A stretch of 64,000 nt of DNA, from the NCBI GenBank assembly GCA_051294375.1, contig CM119264.1, forward strand, positions 2,695,769-2,759,768. Direction: 5' to 3'. This stretch comes from Paraspadella gotoi (Eukaryota; Animalia; Chaetognatha). Shown one piece after another: positions 25,850-39,016 of this stretch; position 1 is the stretch's first letter; the number at the start of each line of letters is the position of its first letter. The notes beneath the pieces were generated by a model. It saw nothing but the letters and a program-made list of their open reading frames with translations. It ran no database searches and was not told the origin of the DNA. A program made the translations under genes and the position numbers.

Positions 25850-28639
25850 AAGAGAGAGATAGAGAGTCATTGCAATTCTCGACGAGGGTCAAACGCGGTT
25901 TTCTCTTTTGTATTCTTCTCACATCAGAAGAATTAATCGTTTTCTTCTTTTTTGGTTTTGGTGTGGCGACGGCTGGCGAGGCCAGTGGCGTGAAAGGCGT
26001 GAAATATTCAGCTGCGGAGTGTTCACACGTTATGATAAACGTGACGCGGAGAAGATTCGCTCATTGGCCCGTAAATGAGTGAATGTAATTATTATTCTAG
26101 TATTAATGATAAATTAAAAAACAAAAAAAAAATCATATGATATGAATTTTAAGCAAGGGTAGCGTATAATTTAACTAAACGAATAATTCAAAAAAAAATT
26201 CCTTAAATAAAAGAAAAAAGAAAGAAACGTGAAAGACAAAGAATCACAACTTCCAAGGCCGAAACTCATAACACAAGGTAATTATATACGGAACTGATAT
26301 AGAAATTAGAACCAGAAAACGCGATGTTCCGAAAGAATAATTATCTCAAACAACGGAATGTATATATCGAGAAACCCCGTATGTAAATAGGCGAAAAGGC
26401 GAAATGGAATCGAGCGCCATTATTCCGGTAAGTGACTCCTTTCAAAGTGTGAACCGTCAAACGGTGAGTTAAGTCGCGCGGTTTCGATTCACATTTTAAT
26501 TCCCTCGTTGATTGGAACCGAAAAAGATGTTGACCTTCGCTAAGTTGACCTCTTGACGGCCCGACCTTTCCTTTCCCGAAGCCAACGTATTGATTGGTCG
26601 ATGTGTGATCTCATGCTTGATCCTCTGCTTTGATACTATGCTTTCGAATCCAAATGTTAGGTTTTAAAGTTTGTGGCTTGGGCTGTTGCCCTCCTTCCGC
26701 TATCGCCGGTTTCCAGCGGTCGACCCGCCAGACTAAAGACCCTCTCGAAAAGGTCGGCCTTTTTTTTTCGGCCCTGTCGGCCTGTGGCCTATTTGGCTTT
26801 GTTGGCCTGTTGGCCTGTTGCCTATTGGTTTGTTGGCCTGTTTGGCTGTCGGCCGAAACTCGAACGTGGCAAGCGCGTCCCTTTTCCCTTTTTCTCTTTA
26901 ACAGGTTAATCGCGTCTACTTCTATCCATTTTAGGTTAGGCTCTCGTGTGAAGTTGATGAAAGAGATGAGATGTTGAAAGAATGTGAAGATATCGGTATG
27001 CGGGTGCTGAGATAAATGCGATAATGTAATTTTAATAACGAAGCGTTAGAAACAGCACGCAATGTATTAATTTATTTTTTAACGTATAAACCGCTTACGT
27101 AATTCCTCACTTTGCTATTTTCCCAATTTTATATTCTTTAGAAAAACGAAAAAAACAAAAAGTTAAAAGTCCCTTTTTGCCAATAAACTAAGTCCCGTCG
27201 GTTTTCGTCTTGAAGTGCTTTTTAAAATATATTAAGCTATTGATTTCATTTTAATTTAAAAATTGCGTTTATTGAGGGCCCAACATTTATCATTTTTTCT
27301 CGATTAGATCTTAATCTTTTGGTCGGTCGCAGTTGTCCGTCTATCATCTGTTTGTCAGCCATGCGTTTAAACCGAACAATTACGAGAGAGCTTTTGATGA
27401 CGATAACAAAATTACAGACGTGAGACAAACGCACAGAGGAAACTGTGATTTGTGATTGTGAAGATAGAAGGTGAAAAAGATGGAAGGAAAAGAGAAGTGA
27501 TAAGAAAAATAAGAAGAGAAGGGGAGGGAAGAAAAGAAAAGAAAAGAAAAGAAAAGAAAAGAAAGAAAAGAAAGAAAAGAAAGAAAAGAAAAGAAAAGAA
27601 AATAGAAAATCTACTAGAAGAGAAAAAATTGGTTCTAGTCAAGCGATTTTAGAACCAGATTAGGTCGGGTTAGGGTCCTTGGGTCGGGTCACGGGGCGGG
27701 TCAGTTTCATGGGTCAGTTCAATGGGTCAGGTCATGGGTCCGTTCAGGGGTGGGTACGGTTAAGGTCATCGACTTTCCAACCCAAATCCTCCTTCGCGCC
27801 TTCCTCGCCTTTTTCAATCTTCGCGCGAAGTTAGAAAACTGGATAATGAGAATGGTATTAAGGGAAGTGGTAAAAGAAAAGTGAAAAGGTGGCAGATGGT
27901 AAATGAGAAATGGTTATTAAGGGAAGTGGTAAAATTAACAGTGAAAAGTGGCGGATGGTAATGATAATGTATCTAAAGGGAAGTTGGTAAAAGAAAAGTG
28001 AAAAGTGGAAATGGTAAATGAGAAAAGGTATGAGGCAAATTGAAAAATAAAAGTGAGAAATGGCAATGTAAAGAGCTGAATTAGGCATAAAGGCCAGAAG
28101 CACAAAGCCATTGCTTAATGTTTGAATCGCCTTTATTTAGAGTCCCATGAATGAAATTGAGGTTCCAAGAACAAAATGGCGACAAAAAAAAGAAGCAAAG
28201 ATAGAAAACAGACAAGATAATTGGCAAATTATAACATGCACAATTTTTTCGAGTTGGAGAAAGTAGAGAACCTAAAGTAGTAAATACTAAAGTAAATACT
28301 AAAGTAAATACAAAGTAAACTACTAAAAGTAGTAAATACTACGTTTACTACATAAAAACTTAGGTTCAGGTCAACGAATCAGATTCAATATATAACCTAA
28401 ATTTTCGTAGATGTAAACCGGTTTTTTTAATGTACTGAGCCCGGCAATTATCGAAGCAGATCCCCCCACCTGAGCCTCGCCGCCGCCCCTGCCGCCGCCG
28501 CAGCGCACGCCGCCGCTGCGCCTCCCCAACCCCGCATTCTGCGACATCCTTCCCGAGTCGTTCGCGACGAAGATGATCTACGCAAGGAAAGCGAAAAAAA
28601 GAGCCGATAATCATCAATCAGGGAAAAGGGGGGAGTGGA

Positions 28640-28935
28640 CCGGGGTGGTGGGATTGGTAAGGGATTGGTGGGAGTGGTGGGGAGTGGTAGGGAGTGATGA
28701 GAGTGGTAGGGGAGTGGGGAGTGTAGGGAGTGGAGGAATTGGAAAGGAGTGATAGGGATTGGTAGGAGTGGTAGGGATTGGCAGGGACGTGGTAGGGAGT
28801 GGTATGGGAGGAGTGGTAGGGGGAATTGGTGATGAGTGGGTAGGGATTGGTAAGGAGTGGTAGGGAATTGGTAGGAGTGGGTAAGAGTGGAGGGTAGTGA
28901 TAGGGATGTAGGAATTGGTAAGGAGTGGTTGGGAA
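28640..28935 (+). repeat. G-rich ~10-bp minisatellite (GGTAGGGAGT/GGTAGGGATT)
   Basis: Direct reading. Its two ends are also seen at 16660-16700 and 18853-18950. Confidence 0.9.
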
Positions 28936-29207
28936 GATCCGAGGGAATGATAGCGAGGTTGGTCTAAAAGTCTGGAGTGTGAGTGCCAGGAGTGTTGTTT
29001 TCCCCTTAAAATGAAGGAAACTCTTATGTGAGGATTGGAAGAAGGAGAAATTATCTCAATTCAAAACTCAATTTTCAGAACTAAAATATATACAATTATA
29101 AACATTTATATAATTGAAACATTCTTCGAAATATCATACAACTTCACTGATATGGAACCAGAAGCTCTGGAGTCTTGATTAAAAGCTGAAGGGTCCGGAA
29201 TATAATA

Positions 29208-29315
29208 TTTTTAGTCCGCCGCCGCGAGTACTCGCGGAGCAACTCTATAAGTCCACTTTTTCGTCGGTCAGTCGGTCTGTCAGTCGGTTTGTTTGTCCAT
29301 CGGTCTGCCCACTTA
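29208..29315 (+). mobile_element. Putative HINE-like 5' head; noisy second copy at ~19220/19800-19900
   Basis: TTTTTAG, then the perfect palindrome CCGCGAGTACTCGCGG (29222-29237), then ctctataag and a (GTCG/GTCT/GTCA)n microsatellite. Confidence 0.5.
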
Positions 29316-32300
29316 CGATAAAAAACATATAATTCGCCTATAGTTGTTTGCTCATTGGCAAACCTGAAATCTAAGGGACTGCTAGCTAGACTCGATGCGT
29401 GCATGTCATAAATTCAAGGGCTAAGAAAGTTTTTTAACTTAATGTCATGTCAAGTCATATCATTGAATAAAGTCACTGGCGGCGCAACCACATTTGAATA
29501 ACCGTTCTTGTTTTTGTTTTTTTTTTGTAAAGAAGGAAGAAGGATTAACCAACGTAGCCTGTCCAAAAGTCCGGGACAATAAATATCTTATTTTCGAATT
29601 GAATGAATAATTTTTCATATTGTTCCTACCGATTTCATAAGTAAAGTAATTAAGATCGATTTTCAAACGTCAGCCTTCAAGTCCGATTTTCAGTATTAAA
29701 GATGACAGATAGCAAGTTTTTTTCGCGCTTAGAACCGAGAGATTTAATTATTCCTGCGGAAAGAGAAATGACTCAATTAAGACTAACACGTCGTGAGGAT
29801 TGACATCTTAGTCGGTAGGAACCGACTTTTCTTTTTCTCCTTTAGAAGTTGGAAATTAGATTTTTGATTCTCAGCGGAAGAAAAATAGGTCATCGAACCG
29901 AATTTTATTTTTAGGCCGGATCTGAAGATCGCAGATTCCGGCTCGATAATCAACTTTGTCGGTCTGTCGGTCGCCCCCTATGGTTTGGGTCGGTCGGTTT
30001 TACTTGAATCATCTTAGAACATTGAATTATGAAAAGTTATGTAAAAATCTCTCCTGTCTGTTTGTTTGTCTATCCGTATTTCGTCAGCCGTCCGTGTCCC
30101 CTTGGCTTTCAACCTTTTATTAAAAGAAAAAAAGGAAGATAAAGGAAAACAGAAACACAAGAAGCAAAATGGAAGTAAAAAAGAGAAAGAAAGAAAAAAA
30201 AGAAGAAAGGAAAAAGAAAGAAATAAAATAAAAGAAAAAAGGAAAGAAAAAGAAAAGAGAAAAGAAAGAAAGGAAAGAAAGAAAAGAAAAGATAAAAAGG
30301 AAAAAAGAAAAGAAAGAAAGAAAATGAGAGAAGAATAAAAAATAAAAGAAGAAAAGGAAAGAAAAGAAAAAAAGAAGCAAAGAAGTCAAGAAGAATCTGG
30401 GCTTCAGCGAATCCCAGTTTTTTTTTTGGGGAGGAGGAAAAAGAAAGACGACGACGACCGACACGACGACGACGATGATGACGACGACTAAGATGTAAAA
30501 AAACATTTCATTTTAGGACGAAAGATTTGAACTACGAAGACATGAACGACGACGACGACGAATGTGACACCACTGAAATTATTAGATAATCTCTAGAATA
30601 AAAGATAAATGGGGATGATTAACATTCTCGGACCATCAATAGGCTATGAATAGACTACATATTTTAAGTAAAAATCACAGAAAGAGTAAAACGTGTAATG
30701 ACAATGACATCAAAATACACGCCATCTCCAGGAAATGATTACGATGAACGACGTCGCGACATCACAACAACCACGACAACAACCAACAACGACAACAAAT
30801 GTTTTTTTTTCCAAAAGTATGAATATTCAAAGTCTCATCACTGATCTTTGCTAAACCTTCACAGTCACCCGTGATCACTGCCACGCTGTCACACTGTCAC
30901 AGTTATGGTGATAATCATCGTCACTGCAATCCCGTTAACTATCAGTTTCAATAAAAAAAATCAACTAATTTTTTATTTTTCGTTTTTGTTCTTTTACAGA
31001 CGAAGAATCGGTCAAATCGAATTCCTCAAAACTTTTTAAATCCAGTTTTTAATTTTTTTTTCTTTTAGTCGGATCTGCTTATCAGCAGATCCCGATCTAA
31101 ACTCACTTTTATAACTCCACTTTTTCGTCCGTCGTCCGCCCGCCTGCCAAATATTGTCGGGCACATCACTTATATCAATGGTCAGAACATCGAATTATGA
31201 TAAATTATGCAAAAAATTGTCGTACCGTTCCGTCTGTCTGCTCCGTCCGTCCGTCCGTCCGTCCCACGCTAGCAAAAAACACAATTACTCGTGATTGATG
31301 GAATGGATTTAAATGAAATTTTGTGGTTTGGATAGGTAAGGTGTGTGATTGAGCCTGATATTTAAGTTTGATGAATCGTCGCGATGGAAAATGAGTTTTA
31401 AATGGAAAAAACAAAAAAATATATTCACTCCATTTGAACACCATAAATTGCTCATGAGTGGATGGGCTGGATTGACTGGAATTTTGTATGTGGGTAGGAA
31501 AGTGTGGATTGAACTAGTGAAATCAAGTTCGATGGAAATAGTTTGAGTGGAAATGAGTTAAATGGAAAAAAACAAAAAAACCTGTTTTACTAATTGATAT
31601 GCTTCTTTTTCCTTTTTATATTAAATGTTATCTGCAGGATATATTAATAAATCTAATATTAATCAGTTAATTAATCAATTAGTATAAATTAATCAATAAA
31701 TTAATTAATTAGTCAATCAATCCGTCCATCGTCCCATCTTAGCAAAAACTCCAATAACTCGTGATTGGCTGGTTGGAATTGGAATTAAATTTTGTGTGTG
31801 GGTAGGAAAGTGTGTGATAAAGCCTGGATATAAAATTTCGATGGACATCGTGTGAGTGGAAATTAGTTTAAATGAAAAAAACATAAGTCGAATTTTACTA
31901 AAATCTTTTTACTTATTTTAACCAATAAATACTCCAATTAATCATAATTGATGATAGATGAGTTGAATTTTGTGTGTTGGGTAGGAAAACGTATGAACGA
32001 AGCTTTGATATAAAGTTCAGTGGAAACGTACCAGTGGAAATGAGTTTAAATGAAAAAAATATAAGTCACATTTACTTGAATTTTTTATTTATTTTAACCC
32101 AATGATAGATTGAGATGAAAATTTTGTGAGCCAGTAGGAAAGTGAGTGAAGAAGCTAGATATACAAGTTTGAACGGGAATGCAAGTTGAAAAAATGATGC
32201 AAGTTGAAAACATGAATGCAAGTTAAAAAATCTTTAAAAGCATAAGGATCGTCGGCTATTTAGCATAAAAAGAGAGAAGAGAGAGAGAGAATGAGAGAGT

Positions 32301-32737
32301 AGAGAGAGAGAGCGAGGTGAGAGAAGACAGAGAGGAGTTGAGAGAGGAGAGGAGAAAGGAGAGCATAAAATAAAAAAAATCTTATAAAGACTCAAGAATC
32401 GAGCCAGAGCCCACTATCAATAGAAAATTAATGGAAAAAACCGGGAAAAAAACGAATGATCATGCCGATAAACGAATTGGTTGATGTACTGTAATTGATT
32501 GAGGATACTATTGATTGATGTAATAGTAATTTAATTTGGAAATGTAATAGGAATTGATTATTGATTCGATATAATCAATTATTGATGCGATGAATATCAT
32601 TCACTGCCTGTGATGATAGTCCATTCAGTGATGCGATGATGTATTTCATTGATGCGATGATTGGTCCATTCATTGATTGCGATGGATAGGTCAATAAAAC
32701 AAAAAATGCGTGTATGAGTGAAAAGAGAGGAGAGAGA

Positions 32738-32779
<42 letters not shown>

Positions 32780-32781
32780 AA

Positions 32782-32827
<46 letters not shown>

Positions 32828-33324
32828 AGAAGAAAGAAAAGAGAAATAAATCCACGAAAATCTCGGATGAAAATATGGGATTTTGTATTGAAAAAAGCGC
32901 GGAATAAAATGGCAATTAATAAAAGTTTTTAAGAAGGAAAAATAATCAGAATTTTTTTTCAAAAAACAACGATACATGTGTTTAGGCAAAAGACGGACAG
33001 AATAGGACCAGACAACACAGAGAGACAGAGAGACAGAGAGAGAGAGAGAGAAGAGAAGCCGCTGCAGAGAAAAAGAGAAAGAGAAAGAGCGATATAATAA
33101 TAAAAGAAGAGAGAGAGAGAGAAGGCTCATACAGCCCCTTTAAACCGTTTAAAGAATCAAGCAGTACTTATGGCGCCGCACGTAGCGGTGGCTATTCTCC
33201 TACCCACAAAGGACCCGCGGGACCCCGGGTTCGCGCCATGTTCGTGCGGTTCGTTTTTTTACATTAGTGGGAAAACCCGACATTATTCTAAAAAATTTTT
33301 TGGTAAAAAAAAGAGGAGAGAGGC

Positions 33325-33355
<31 letters not shown>

Positions 33356-35235
33356 GAGAGAGAGAGGAGAGAGAGGGAGGAGAGAGAGGAGAGAGAAGAG
33401 AGAATAGAAGCCTGGCATCGCTGGCAGAGCCGGAACGTCGTTTTTAGAAGAACAAGTGAGGAGAAGGAGAGAGAGAGAGAGCGACATATATTTAAAACGT
33501 TTTTGTTTTGTAAATAAAACATAAACAAATACATATTGATATGAACATAGAATTTTAAAGATTTTGATGATTAGAAGGCCATATATGAAAATCAACTTCC
33601 CTTGATATCACGACTTTCAGAAGCCATGAATTGCAAAATGCGGAGACCGAAAAGAACGAAAAAAAATCGAGGGAGGACAGGACGGGCTTTTGCCCGCCTG
33701 GCTCGATAATAGAGGAATATTTGTTTGTTTTATAAAAATGTAAACAAAACATTTTAAATAACTGGGCCTGACTCAATTTAAGGACATCGGGATGATGACA
33801 GCTGAATGATAAATTATAATTAATCCTATTAATTAATTAATTAATTTAATCTATTAATTATTTATTTAATCTATTAATTAATTAATTATTAAATTAATAA
33901 TTAATTAATTAATTATCGTAGGCAGACTCCGCATTTGTTTGCTCAAACTTGTTAAATTTTTGCAATATCAGAACGAAAAATGAAGTTTATATTCTAAAAC
34001 CTTTTATCTTTTATATTCAATAGAATTTTTTTTTTTCCTTTCAAATTTGATTCTCGCGCGATTTTCTCTTTTTTTTTGTTGTTTGTTGTTTAATTGACGT
34101 TTTTTATTTTTCTCAATCCCTTTGAAGTAATTTAGTCAAATTTTTTTTGACGCTCTTTTGGGTTTTCCCTCGTTTTCGTTAAAAAAAATCATCGGTTTTT
34201 TCTTGTTTTTTTTTTTTTCCTATTTCTAGTAAGAAAGAATGTGTCTTTTATTCCGTCGTGCCCACTTCCCCCTAATCTCTTTTCTTCTTTCCTTTCTCCC
34301 TATTTCGCTTTCCTTCCCTCCAACCCTCTCTCTCTTCTTTCCTTCCTCTCCTTTTCTTTCCTTCCTTACTCTTTTTCCTTCTCCTTTTTTCTTTCCTTTT
34401 CGCCTTTCCCCCAAACTCTCCTCTTTTCTTTCCTTCATTTTCTTTCCTCCCTTTTCTTTCCTTTTCTCTTTTTCCTTTCCCCTCCTTTTTCCCTTTCCTT
34501 TCCTCCCACCTTTCTCTCTAACTTTCTCTTCCCTCCTTTTCTTTCTTTCTTTTCTTTTCCTCCTCCTTTCACATTATCCTTTTTTTCTCCCCCATTTTCA
34601 TTTTCTTCTCCTTCCACACCCTTCACCTCTTTTCCCTTCCTCCTCCTCCTTTCCTTTCCCCCCCTTCCTTTTCCCCTCTTCTCAATTTCATCATCCTTCC
34701 CTCCCCCTCATGTTTTTGACAGGGGCGGCGCCTTTTCGGCCCCATTATGGTTTCCTCCTTCCGTTGACGCTTATGTCGAGACAGGGGAAGAACGAACGAA
34801 CGGCGAACCGACGATGAAGAACCGACGATGAAGACTGACGAACAACATATCAACAGACCGACGGGTTGACGGACGACGAACGACGAAACGACGAGCGACT
34901 GACGCGACGAACGACGATGAAGAAGAACGATGAAGAGCGATTACATGAAACGAGAGGCGACGACGACGAAGAGCCGACGACCATAAGACGACTTTTGAAA
35001 AAATGGCGACATGAACGATGATTATGATAATGAATTGACTGGATGAATATGATGACAATGATAATATTTGAACATGTAAGAATGACGATGATGACAAAAT
35101 CTCTACGACCCACAATTTAACTGACAATGAAGATGACCGATGACAACGCTGTAAAACAGTTTTCGGGGGGAAGTGCTGCTCCAAACACCCAAATGAGACC
35201 CTGAGGAAAGAGAGAAGAGAGAAGACAGAGAAGAG

Positions 35236-35311
<76 letters not shown>

Positions 35312-35363
35312 GGACGAGACATTCTAATGCCTGACCCAAATTAGTTGGAGAGATGGTAAAGGC

Positions 35364-35420
<57 letters not shown>
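35364..35420 (+). repeat. (GATT)n microsatellite
   Basis: Direct reading. Confidence 0.95.
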
Positions 35421-35421
<1 letters not shown>

Positions 35422-36276
35422 AAGATATGTATCTTTAAAAAGTATGTGTAGGCCGTGAATCGTGGTCGGCGGTGAACGGCTGTGAAGATGGTGATTTGTT
35501 TCCGCTGAGTTTGAGGTTCGCCTCAAAATGATGGAGTGTGTATGAGGGATTGAATTCGCCTCATTTGAGTCTCGTTGTTGTGACGGCGCCGTGACGTTTT
35601 GGTGCCGGAGGTTGACGGCGCTCTTATGTGACGGCGCCGGTCTTTGAAGGCTCGGTGATGAGAGACGACAGCGGCGAAGGTTGAGAAGTCGGTTCTTCTG
35701 CTGCTGTTGATGCTGCTGTCGACGTTGCTGCTGCTCCTGCTGAAGCTGTCTTAGACGAAATATGCGGATGTACTCTACAGTTACACGCTGCGTTCACTTC
35801 AATATCGTAGATAGCATTTTTGTCTAATGATTCCAAATTTTTAAAGTCACTCACTTGAGAAATATATTTTGAATTTCTCGCTCGCGATATCAAGCGTTCG
35901 AGGCCTCGTCCGTCCCTTGCAAGTTAAAAGTAGGTTTTTCATGAATCTTTTCCGCTGAAACTCGAGGAAATGAAATAAAAAGTTGAGATGAAACTTTTAT
36001 TATCTTGTTTCAAAATATTAATTAAATCCTGTTGAGAACGGCCGATGCTACTACTTTGATAAAGTCAAAAAACGAACTGAAAGCAATCAATCAAGACTCT
36101 CTCACAGTCTTGTTTAAATTTACTCCCAGAGTACCTGGCTTCCTTATCAATGAACTTGTATATATATTTATATATAATATTTAAAGAATATTTAATATTT
36201 TATAACACAATTCGATAACAATTTAAATTCTCACATTCTAACTTCTCCCTCCCCCCCCCATCACCCCCTCTTCCAG

Positions 36277-36851
36277 ATCCTCGTCTCGTCCACCCAATCG
36301 ACTCAAGAGAGAAAAAAGTTCTTCCGAAGACATCGACGCTCAATCCACCGATGGAGCGGGAGGAGCAGGAGCGGGAGGAGGAGCAGGAGCGGCGACGATG
36401 GTGGCGGGAAGGAGGAAGAAGAGAGGAAAGGAGAAGGGAGGCGAGGGAGGAAGGAAAGGCAGGAAGCCGATCGTCTCCGCCGGAGATTCCAGCGGCGCGG
36501 ACGACGAACTCGGCGTCGGTCGCTTAACCTCGCCGACGATGATTCATCCGCTAGCGACGGCGCCACCGGCGCTAATTCGCGGCGTCCCCGGCGTCGACAA
36601 TTCCCTCAACAATCTCGCCGGCGGCGTCGTAGTGCTGGATTACGGCTCGGCGGCGGCCGGCGCCTCGCTGCGGGATCAGCTGTCGCCGCTGAAGTCGAAC
36701 CTGGCCTCTCGTCATCCTTCGCCGCATAAGAAGACGACGAAACATTTGCACTTCAATCCCAGCGTCGCTGTTGTGGTCGAGGAGAAGCCGAAAAATGCGG
36801 ACGGAGGAACGGACGGAGGGACGGACGGAGGGCAGGGGATGCCGGGCAGAG
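36277..36851 (+). CDS. Putative internal coding exon of an unidentified, low-complexity protein (SSSRPPNRLKREKSSSEDID...KKTTKHLHFNPSVAVVVEEKPK...)
   Basis: Branch point TTCTAAC (36236-36242), polypyrimidine tract and TTCCAG acceptor. Stop-free frame from 36278 through ORF 36398..36916, donor CAGAG|GTGAGA at 36851/36852. GC-rich island between AT-rich flanks. Confidence 0.62.
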
Positions 36852-38483
36852 GTGAGATGGAGGGAGAGGGGAGGGGAACCGTTTGCGGGCAAAGGATAAC
36901 GAGTGGATTAAAATGAGTCGACAGTGAAATTTAAAGAGAAAAAATTGATATGAATGAGATAAGATATAATGACATAAGATTATTTGCGACACTTTGTGAC
37001 ATGAGATTAGATGAGATGAGAGCGAATTGGATATAAATGAACATGAATAAGAGCATATGTATTATTGCATACATAATTACATACTTGACTTGTCGGTAAA
37101 GAAAATTAAACAAAATTAATAGAATTAAAAGTCAAAAATTGGAAAGTCGCAGGACGAGTTGAATCTTAAATCTCGTTTGGGCGACGAAGCGAATCCTTAA
37201 GAGGATTACGGTCACGTCAGTGCAATGAAGGAGAGGAAGGGTGAGGACAGAAGGGGAAGTCAGGGGGGGAGACGTCAGGGGGGGGGGAGTGGACATCTGG
37301 ATTATTGATTCACTCGAATTTGATTTGATCATTAAAAAATGTTGAGCAACACGAGTCGAGTGGAAATCCGATCATTGTTTGAGACTGGTTTCATGCCTAT
37401 CTCGTCCTCCTCTCACTCGTCGTATCCTCAGCTTATCTCTCTCCTCTCTGCTAGGACTAATAGCTCCTGACGGAAAAAAGTCAGAGGTTTTTTCAATAAG
37501 TTCTTTGACCCGGCCAAATGTAGAATGATGGCTAATAATTGGCTGATTTGTTAAGTTGCAAAAAAATCGCGACGGTATAAACATAGTAGAAGTAAAATTA
37601 TTAACGGAGCAAGAATCTTCGGAAAACTCAGCAGCCCAGATTGCTTTGCGAAATTTCCGCCATACTAAGATGTTTTTCGGCAGAATGCTGACTCACCGGT
37701 TGAACGTCTTAGGAAATTCGATCGTTAGGGCCTCCTCTTTTACTTTTACTGTTAAAATAAAAATATTTCAGCAAAATGGACTAAAATTCACATTTAATTA
37801 TGATTGTAATCAATATTAAAAATAACCAAATGAAAATGTAAGAGAAAAAATTTTGAGAGCTCTTTCAGACATATTGCTATCGGATTCGTGAATTCGAAAG
37901 TTTATTGTAAAATGACAACATACCTTAATGCGTTGACATTGTTTTGAAAGCTTGAGGAAATCCGCTTTATTTTATTTATGATAAAAATTGCGTCAAAAAT
38001 ATTTTCGCCCGGAGCGGAAACCAGTCGCATTTGACATCGAATGGTTCAATGTCAAATGGATGGTTATTTGTGCAAGAGACAGAAAAAATGCGCAAAGCCC
38101 TTCAGATGCAACAGGATGGAATCTAGTGTCTTTTACATCCTATTTTTTTTTTAACCCGAATTTTTCCCAGCGTGCGTTGACAGCTTTATCTTGGTAGTCG
38201 CAGATTTGAAAGAAATATCTCACATTGAAAAAGTCTTTCCTCGATTTCTAAAGAACCTACGCTCGACTACTATCTCTCTCTCTCTCTCTCTCTCTTCTGC
38301 TCTCGTCGGTATTTTTGTTTCGATAATTGTACTCGAAAGGATGTAGTTGACGTTTTTGCGGGAAAGAAAGCGCGTAATAATCTAAGTAGACTCGAGACAC
38401 GGGATAGCTTAGCGAGTTATAGAGCAGAACTGGGACGGATCGGAGTGAAATAGATGTGAATAAGAGAGAGAAAGAGAGAGGAC

Positions 38484-38515
<32 letters not shown>

Positions 38516-38981
38516 TGGAGAACTAAAATTTGGCCTTATCCATCTCTTTCGCAAATAGGAGACTCCACTGTTCATAATTTTCGGCTTCAATTGAGACTCG
38601 TCGTTCGAAATAATCGAACCCCGCGTAAAAATGTCTACGCTCCGCCCAACCCTCTCGCATCACAGCTCAGCATGGCGCAGCTGGGGGCAGCCCGGTTGGC
38701 CCACTGGGCCGTCGTGACCCAATGGGATCCCTGTGCCGACGCGGCCAGACGGGCTCGCGAGCCCGACGTGGCCCGGTTGGGAACCTGACGGNNNNNNNNN
38801 NNNNNNNNNNNNNNNNNNNNNNNNNNNNNNNNNNNNNNNNNNNNNNNNNNNNNNNNNNNNNNNNNNNNNNNNNNNNNNNNNNNNNNNNNNNNNNNNNNNN
38901 NNNNNNNNNNNNNNNNNNNNNNNNNNNNNNNNNNNNNNNNNNNNNNNNNNNNNNNNNNNNNNNNNNNNNNNNNNNNNNNNN

Positions 38982-39016
<35 letters not shown>

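Larger units (their letters stand above)
25797..35170 (+). repeat. Copy 3: duplicate of 13925-16700 plus 18853-25771
   Basis: Begins after the 25-N gap at 25772-25796 and is collinear with the earlier copy. ORF translations are identical at offset 9103 (e.g. 22102..22341 and 31205..31444; 24452..24673 and 33555..33776). Confidence 0.95.

Noticed and set aside
35624-35774. Possible minus-strand terminal exon (VHPHISSKTASAGAAATSTAAST…)
   Set aside because: The acceptor lacks a pyrimidine tract and the peptide is low complexity, so it cannot be supported without RNA data.
37440-38200. Possible MITE or DNA-transposon remnant (ttttgagagctctttc, ttttgaaagcttgagg motifs)
   Set aside because: No terminal inverted repeats or TSD could be located.
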